DNA from: an uncultured bacterium
GTDB taxonomy: Bacteria > Bacillota > Clostridia > Oscillospirales > Ruminococcaceae
Assembly: GCA_934875375.1 (NCBI GenBank)
Contig: CAKXHL010000002.1
Coordinates: 1,330-65,329 of the forward strand
Direction: 5' to 3'
DNA: 64,000 nucleotides
Positions 59,550 through 64,000 of the stretch are shown here, one piece after another; position 1 is the first letter of the stretch, and the number at the start of each line of letters is the position of its first letter. Below the pieces are notes generated by a model that saw only the letters and a list, made by a program, of their open reading frames with translations, made no database searches and was not told where the DNA came from. The position numbers and the translations under genes were made by a program.

Positions 59550-59590
59550 AAAAAGGCCGGAAAAGAAGATCTTTTTCCGGCCTTTTTTAT
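59550..59590. terminator. Bidirectional rho-independent terminator (nitroreductase side)
   Basis: aaaaaggccggaaaag-aagat-ctttttccggcctttttt. Confidence 0.8.
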
Positions 59591-59683
59591 GATATTTGGA
59601 AGGCATTTTTTCATGGAAAAGCACCTGAAATCGGGTGTTTTTCAATCCCTTTTCCTGCAAATGCACACCATCAGCGGATTTCA

Positions 59684-60208
59684 TTACAGCACTTTGACGA
59701 TATACCCCTCTTTGCGCGGTTTGGGCTGCGGAGCGTCTCCATCCGGATAGCCCAGTGCCAATGCGCCAACGCCAGTCAGCGGTTCGGTAATCCCCCACTG
59801 GCTCAGCAGCTCTTTGCCCTCGGGTAACTCAAACATTTCCCGTTCCCGATGAATCCAACAGCTTCCCAGTCCAAGAGAGTGGGCAGCCAGCATCATATTT
59901 TCCAGTACGCAGCTGCCGTCCTCCACCCGGGTGCCCCGCTGTGACGAGGCCAGCACCAGAAGAATCGTCGGCGCATCATAATAAGGATTGGAACTGCTGT
60001 TCATCACCTTGGCGTTGAGTTTTGCCAGCTTTTGAACCGATTGGGGATCCTGCACAGCGATGATAACCGGAGACTGCATCCCCATTCCGGTAGGCGCATA
60101 AGTACCCGCCTCTAAAATCAGATCGAGCTTTTCCGGCTCCACCTGCCGAGGCAGATATTTTCGGATTGACCTTCTGGTTTTCAAATTTTCCAACACTGGA
60201 TTGTTCAT
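59684..60208 (-). CDS. Nitroreductase-family protein
   Basis: Start MNNPVLENLKTRRSIRKY (the canonical nitroreductase N-terminus) after an AAGGAGG RBS. Confidence 0.8.
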   Translation of the reverse strand: MNNPVLENLKTRRSIRKYLPRQVEPEKLDLILEAGTYAPTGMGMQSPVIIAVQDPQSVQKLAKLNAKVMNSSSNPYYDAPTILLVLASSQRGTRVEDGSCVLENMMLAAHSLGLGSCWIHREREMFELPEGKELLSQWGITEPLTGVGALALGYPDGDAPQPKPRKEGYIVKVL

Positions 60209-60610
60209 AACAACAACCTCCTTCTTTCGGATCCTGCCCTCACTGGGTACCCCAATGCCCGAAACCCACCGGCTCCTTTTCGGGGTTTTCAACAGCGTGC
60301 GGCCTTCTTTTTTATAGTATAGCTCAATCCCGCCGTAAAAGTAAAGTGCTGTTCTCCCCCAAAAGCTACCGGCTTTTTTCGGTGCAAAAGCATGGCAAAA
60401 TGGCAGTATGCTCAAATTTCAGCGCATATGCGAATCTCGACCCTTACCGCAAAGCCTATACACTGGCCATTTAATGGCCTGCCGCGGCATACTGGAGCCG
60501 AATCTAATTTTGTGTATCCCGCCACAGATTCCCTAAAGACCTTTGGAAAGCAAAAAACAAGGCCCCGATGGGGCCTTGTTTTGCAACGCGGCAATCCGGT
60601 GATCGCGCGC

Positions 60611-61948
60611 CTATTTTTTCATATTGCTCTGGAAGGTAACCGACGTATCGCCCTGCAAATCGCTGCCGAACTGATAGTCCTTGCCCGGCAGGATCGCATT
60701 GAGCAGGATACCCAGGATGGCGGCGATAGCCAGGCCGGTCAGGGTCAGGCTGTTACTGCCAAAGGTAAAGGTCAAGCCGCCAATGCCGTTGAAGCCCAAT
60801 CCGCTGACCAGAATGACCGCCGCAATCAGCAGGTTTCTGGTATTGGTAAAGTCGACCTTATTTTCTACTACGTTGCGCACGCCTACCGCGGAAATCATGC
60901 CGTACAGCACAAAGGAAACGCCGCCGATGATTGCAGTGGGAATGGAGTGGATAATTTCCGCAAACGCGGGGCTGAACGAAAGGATGATCGCGCCGTAGGC
61001 CGCGATGCGTACCACACGGGGATCATATACCCGGGACAGAACCAGCACGCCGGTATTCTCACCATAAGTGGTGTTCGCCGGGCCGCCGAACAGCGCGGCC
61101 AGCGAGGTTGCCAGTCCGTCACCAATCAGGCTGCGGTGCAGGCCGGGGTCTTCAATATAGTTTTCGCCGCAGGTAGCGCTGATTGCAGAAATATCGCCGA
61201 TATGCTCCATCATGGAAGCGATGGCGATGGGCGCCATAATCAAAATGGCGGACAGATCAAACTTCGCCATCTGGAACGGGGGCAGGCCCACAATATCCGC
61301 CTGCGCCACGCCGGAAAAATCGATCATACCGCAGCACAGCGCGACAATATAAGGAATCAACACACCCATCAAAATCGGGATGATTTTGATCATGCCTTTT
61401 CCCCACATATTGCAGACGATGATAACCACCACCGAAAGGGCGGCCAGCCACCAGTTTTCCGAGGCGTTGGTCACCGCGTTGGGGGCCAGGATCAGGCCGA
61501 TGAGAATGATGATCGGGCCGGTGACAACCGGCGGCAAAAAGCGCATTACCCGTTTGATTCCAACAAATTTCACCACGGCGGCCATAATCAGATACAAAAG
61601 GCCCGCTACCACAATACCGCCGCAGGCATAGGGCAGCTTTTCCGCTTCGGTCAGATTGGCGTAAACGCCGGTATCCAACAGTTTTACCGCTGCAAATCCG
61701 CCCAGGAAAGCAAAGGACGAACCCAGAAAAGCCGGCACCTTAAATTTGGTACAAAGATGGAAAAACAAGGTGCCAAGGCCGGCACAGATCAACGTAACCT
61801 GTACGCTCAGGCCGGTGATGATCGGCACCAGAATGGTAGCGCCGAACATGGCGAACATGTGCTGGATGCCCAAAATCAGCATTTTTCCCGTACCCAATTT
61901 TCTTGCGTCGCGAATGGGCTCGGAAGGGGCGGTGGTCTGTTTGCTCAT
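60611..61948 (-). CDS. NCS2-family nucleobase:cation symporter (uracil/xanthine permease)
   Basis: 445 aa, 14-TM. MLILGIQHMFAMFGATILVPI and the NCS2 signature region. Confidence 0.85.
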   Translation of the reverse strand: MSKQTTAPSEPIRDARKLGTGKMLILGIQHMFAMFGATILVPIITGLSVQVTLICAGLGTLFFHLCTKFKVPAFLGSSFAFLGGFAAVKLLDTGVYANLTEAEKLPYACGGIVVAGLLYLIMAAVVKFVGIKRVMRFLPPVVTGPIIILIGLILAPNAVTNASENWWLAALSVVVIIVCNMWGKGMIKIIPILMGVLIPYIVALCCGMIDFSGVAQADIVGLPPFQMAKFDLSAILIMAPIAIASMMEHIGDISAISATCGENYIEDPGLHRSLIGDGLATSLAALFGGPANTTYGENTGVLVLSRVYDPRVVRIAAYGAIILSFSPAFAEIIHSIPTAIIGGVSFVLYGMISAVGVRNVVENKVDFTNTRNLLIAAVILVSGLGFNGIGGLTFTFGSNSLTLTGLAIAAILGILLNAILPGKDYQFGSDLQGDTSVTFQSNMKK

Positions 61949-62056
61949 TTCATTTCCTCCCTATTTGTTTTCATCGCCGCGGCTCACCGGCCGCGGTCCC
62001 GTCCGGAGGCGCCGGACGATGACACCCCTTTTACCGTGATTTTTGCAAAAACACAG

Positions 62057-62091
62057 TAAAAAACGGTATCTCTGAAAAAACAGAAATACCG
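62057..62091 (-). terminator. Intrinsic terminator inside the permease 5' leader (attenuator)
   Basis: mRNA sense: cggtatttctg-ttttttc-agagataccg followed by TTTTTTAC. Lies ~110 nt upstream of the permease start codon. Confidence 0.65.
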
Positions 62092-62148
62092 TCACCGAAT
62101 ACAAAAAAGAAAAGCGGGAAAGGGGAGCACTTTCAGCCATACGCCCAT
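62092..62148 (-). CDS. Candidate 18-aa leader peptide (MGVWLKVLPFPAFLFCIR)
   Basis: ATG with AGAGGAGG RBS 8 nt upstream. Its UGA stop abuts the 5' arm of the attenuator hairpin. The coding region is U-rich (cuuuucuuuuuug). Confidence 0.3.
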   Translation of the reverse strand: MGVWLKVLPFPAFLFCIR

Positions 62149-62189
62149 TTTTTCCGCCTCCTCTTTCTTCCGGTTCCTATCATCGACTT

Positions 62190-62218
62190 ATTATAACACA
62201 ATTCGACCCGGCCATCAA
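62190..62218 (-). promoter_or_regulatory. Sigma-A-type promoter of the permease leader
   Basis: -35 TTGATG, 17-nt spacer, -10 TATAAT (mRNA sense). Abutted upstream by the palindrome CTGTGCAAAATGCACAG (62219-62235). Confidence 0.55.
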
Positions 62219-62282
62219 CTGTGCATTTTGCACAGAAAAACCGATTGGAAAACAGGCTGATGAGCGGTTATGACCGAATGTG

Positions 62283-62552
62283 TCATTTGGAAAACAGGCG
62301 GCGAAATACGCCCGGCCAAAACCGCCGCGCTGGTTTCTCCTTCCCGCCAGAAGCAGTTTCGGCAGGCATATCGTCCCGCATTGGGTCCCACACGCTGGGC
62401 AGTACGCCAAAACCTTCCTGCAAGACCGAAGACCGCTCCGCCGGCTGCCCATTGAGGTCTTCTCCTTGTGTGCCGGTCCAGCCGGCTGCCGCCATTTCTT
62501 CCTCACTCAAAGCCCACAGCGGCGTTTGCGACAAACCTTTCTTTTCTCCCAT
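62283..62552 (-). CDS. Hypothetical acidic protein downstream of trxB
   Basis: 89-aa ORF beginning 4 nt after the trxB stop, GGGAG RBS, coding-like GC3 bias. No recognisable domain. Confidence 0.25.
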   Translation of the reverse strand: MGEKKGLSQTPLWALSEEEMAAAGWTGTQGEDLNGQPAERSSVLQEGFGVLPSVWDPMRDDMPAETASGGKEKPARRFWPGVFRRLFSK

Positions 62553-62557
62553 ACCCA

Positions 62558-63499
62558 CTACTCCCGCGCCGCCAAATAGCGCTCCGCTTCCATGGCGGCA
62601 ATCGCGCCGTCCGCCGCTGCGGTTACGATCTGGCGCAGGCCCTTGACCCGGATATCCCCTGCCGCAAACACGCCGGGGATCGCTGTACGCATATTCTCAT
62701 CGGTTTTGATATAGCCCTTTTCCAGCGGGAGCTTCCCCTCCAGCAGCCCGGAATTGGGGTCTAACCCCACAAAGACAAAAAGGCCCATCATCCCGTCAGT
62801 CTCATCCGCTGTGATTTGTTTGGTTTCGCCGGTTTTTACATTGCGCAGGCAGATGGTCTGCAACACGTCCTGTCCGTCCAGCGACTCCACCACCGAATCC
62901 CAAATAAAATCTATTTTTGCGTTGGCAAACGCCTTGTCCTGCAGCGATTTTACCGCACGCAGCTGATCGCGCCGGTGGATGATCGTTACCTTGCGGGCAA
63001 AGCGGGTCAAAAACAGCGCTTCCTCCACCGCCGAATCCCCGCCGCCGACGACATAAACCTCCAACCCGCGGAAAAACGCACCGTCGCAGGTGGCGCAGTA
63101 GGACACGCCCTGCCCGGCAAAAGTCTCTTCGCCGGGGCAGCCCAGCTTGCGGGGCGAGGCGCCGGTGGCCAAAATCACTGTCCGGGCCTGATACTCGCCG
63201 GACGCGCCGGTCAGGGTCTTTACCTCTCCCTCCAGCTCCAGCGAACGGATTTCATCCGTCTTTCGCTGAGCACCAAAAGACTGTGCCTGCTCCATCATAC
63301 GGGCCGTGAGGGTATAACCGGTTTCGTCCTCAAGCATTGCGCCGGGATAGTTTTCCACCCGGTCGGTCTGGGCAGCCTGTCCCCCTTCGGCTCCCCGCTC
63401 CAAAATCAGCGTGGAAAGCCCCGCTCTGGCGCCGTACAACCCGGCTGCAAGGCCCGCCGGGCCCGCGCCGAGAATGATTAAATCGTATATTTGCTCCAT
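62558..63499 (-). CDS. trxB: Thioredoxin-disulfide reductase
   Basis: GAGPAGLAAGLYGARAGL FAD site, CATC redox centre, GGGDSAVEEA NADPH site. Confidence 0.9.
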   Translation of the reverse strand: MEQIYDLIILGAGPAGLAAGLYGARAGLSTLILERGAEGGQAAQTDRVENYPGAMLEDETGYTLTARMMEQAQSFGAQRKTDEIRSLELEGEVKTLTGASGEYQARTVILATGASPRKLGCPGEETFAGQGVSYCATCDGAFFRGLEVYVVGGGDSAVEEALFLTRFARKVTIIHRRDQLRAVKSLQDKAFANAKIDFIWDSVVESLDGQDVLQTICLRNVKTGETKQITADETDGMMGLFVFVGLDPNSGLLEGKLPLEKGYIKTDENMRTAIPGVFAAGDIRVKGLRQIVTAAADGAIAAMEAERYLAARE

Positions 63500-63605
63500 G
63501 ATATGCCTCCTTTATTTTCCTGCCGCAAGGCCTGCTCCTAGTATGGGCCGGCCGCAGACAGGATATAACCAAATTGCCGGACGAAATCCATCCGGCAACG
63601 CGTAT

Positions 63606-64000
63606 TTATATTCCCATCTTCTTTGCCAGTGCAGCGGGAGCGGCGGCGCAGGTCATTGCCTCTTCCGCGCTGATTTTTCCCTGCCGGTACAATTCCAGAA
63701 TGCTCGCGTCCATGCTGATCATTCCCTCGCCCGCCGACGAATAAATCACCGTATCAATCTGGTGCACCTTGGATTCCCGGATCATATTGCGGATGGCACC
63801 GTTGACTTTCATAATTTCAAAAGCGGGAGCCACCGACCCATCTTTGGCCGGAATCAACTGCTGGGACACCACCGCCTGCAGCACCATGGACAGCTGCACC
63901 CGGATCTGCGGCTGCTGGTTGGGCGGAAACGCATCGATCACCCGGTCGATGGTATTGGCCGCGCCAACAGTGTGCAAAGTGGAAAAGACCAGATGCCCGG
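63606..64000 (-). CDS. pilT: PilT/PilU-family type IV pilus retraction ATPase (5' end beyond window)
   Basis: C-terminal region ...SMVLQAVVSQQLIP...GAIRNMIRESKVHQI...GMISMDASILELYRQGKIS is typical of PilT. Confidence 0.7.
   Translation of the reverse strand, partial: GHLVFSTLHTVGAANTIDRVIDAFPPNQQPQIRVQLSMVLQAVVSQQLIPAKDGSVAPAFEIMKVNGAIRNMIRESKVHQIDTVIYSSAGEGMISMDASILELYRQGKISAEEAMTCAAAPAALAKKMGI

Noticed and set aside
58867-59750. ORFs 58867..59493 (-) and 59205..59750 (+) in the LCP/nitroreductase spacer
   Set aside because: Both overlap the 3' ends of real convergent genes and run through a strong terminator. They are Arg/Pro-rich as expected of wrong-frame GC-rich DNA. The region is treated as non-coding.
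61949-62235. PyrR attenuation or purine riboswitch in the permease leader
   Set aside because: No CCAGAGAGG/CCUGUGAGG PyrR loop and no purine-riboswitch three-way-junction core could be recognised. A leader-peptide-coupled attenuator fits better, though this is unverified.

Overview
64-kb chromosomal window from a GC-rich (roughly 58-60%), endospore-forming Clostridia-type Firmicute. Sporulation markers are spoIIR and the tepA-ylzJ-(uppP)-ftsK/spoIIIE arrangement. Gene content is dense and mostly core housekeeping: a McsA-like UVR protein + clpC, an initiator tRNA-fMet, a ygiQ radical-SAM/MBL/DUF3006 operon, ftsK, uppP, glpK, T-box-controlled alaS, HIT, comEC-holA, an MBOAT/DHHW-like pair, a PFL-family/ACT pair, Lrp + aminotransferase, tsaD-rimI-polA, dusB, ispE, spoIIR, an LCP protein, nitroreductase, a nucleobase permease, trxB and a partial pilT. 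I see no CRISPR array, no IS, transposase or integrase, no recognisable defence island, and no convincing prophage integration at the tRNA. The most system-like oddity is a pair of tandem cassettes at 27.47-28.80 kb, each a small XRE repressor divergently transcribed from a ~78-aa protein of an unnamed but clearly paralogous family, each with its own palindromic operators over the promoters. Other points worth a second look: (1) a leader peptide + U-tract + intrinsic terminator attenuator in front of the NCS2 nucleobase permease; (2) a ~700-bp gene-free structured region between the LCP gene and nitroreductase; (3) a cytidine-deaminase pseudogene with two frameshifts; (4) a ComEC whose C-terminal nuclease (MBL) motif is degenerate while an intact MBL protein is encoded elsewhere; (5) a DHHW-like partner of MBOAT with an apparently degenerate DHHW motif; (6) a repeat-rich clpC/tRNA-fMet spacer with tandem terminators. 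Hand-called coordinates are about +/-2 nt (I found a 1-nt disagreement between my own counting and the ORF track near 28.5 kb). ORF-track coordinates are used wherever available. All family names come from motif recognition by eye; no database search was possible.
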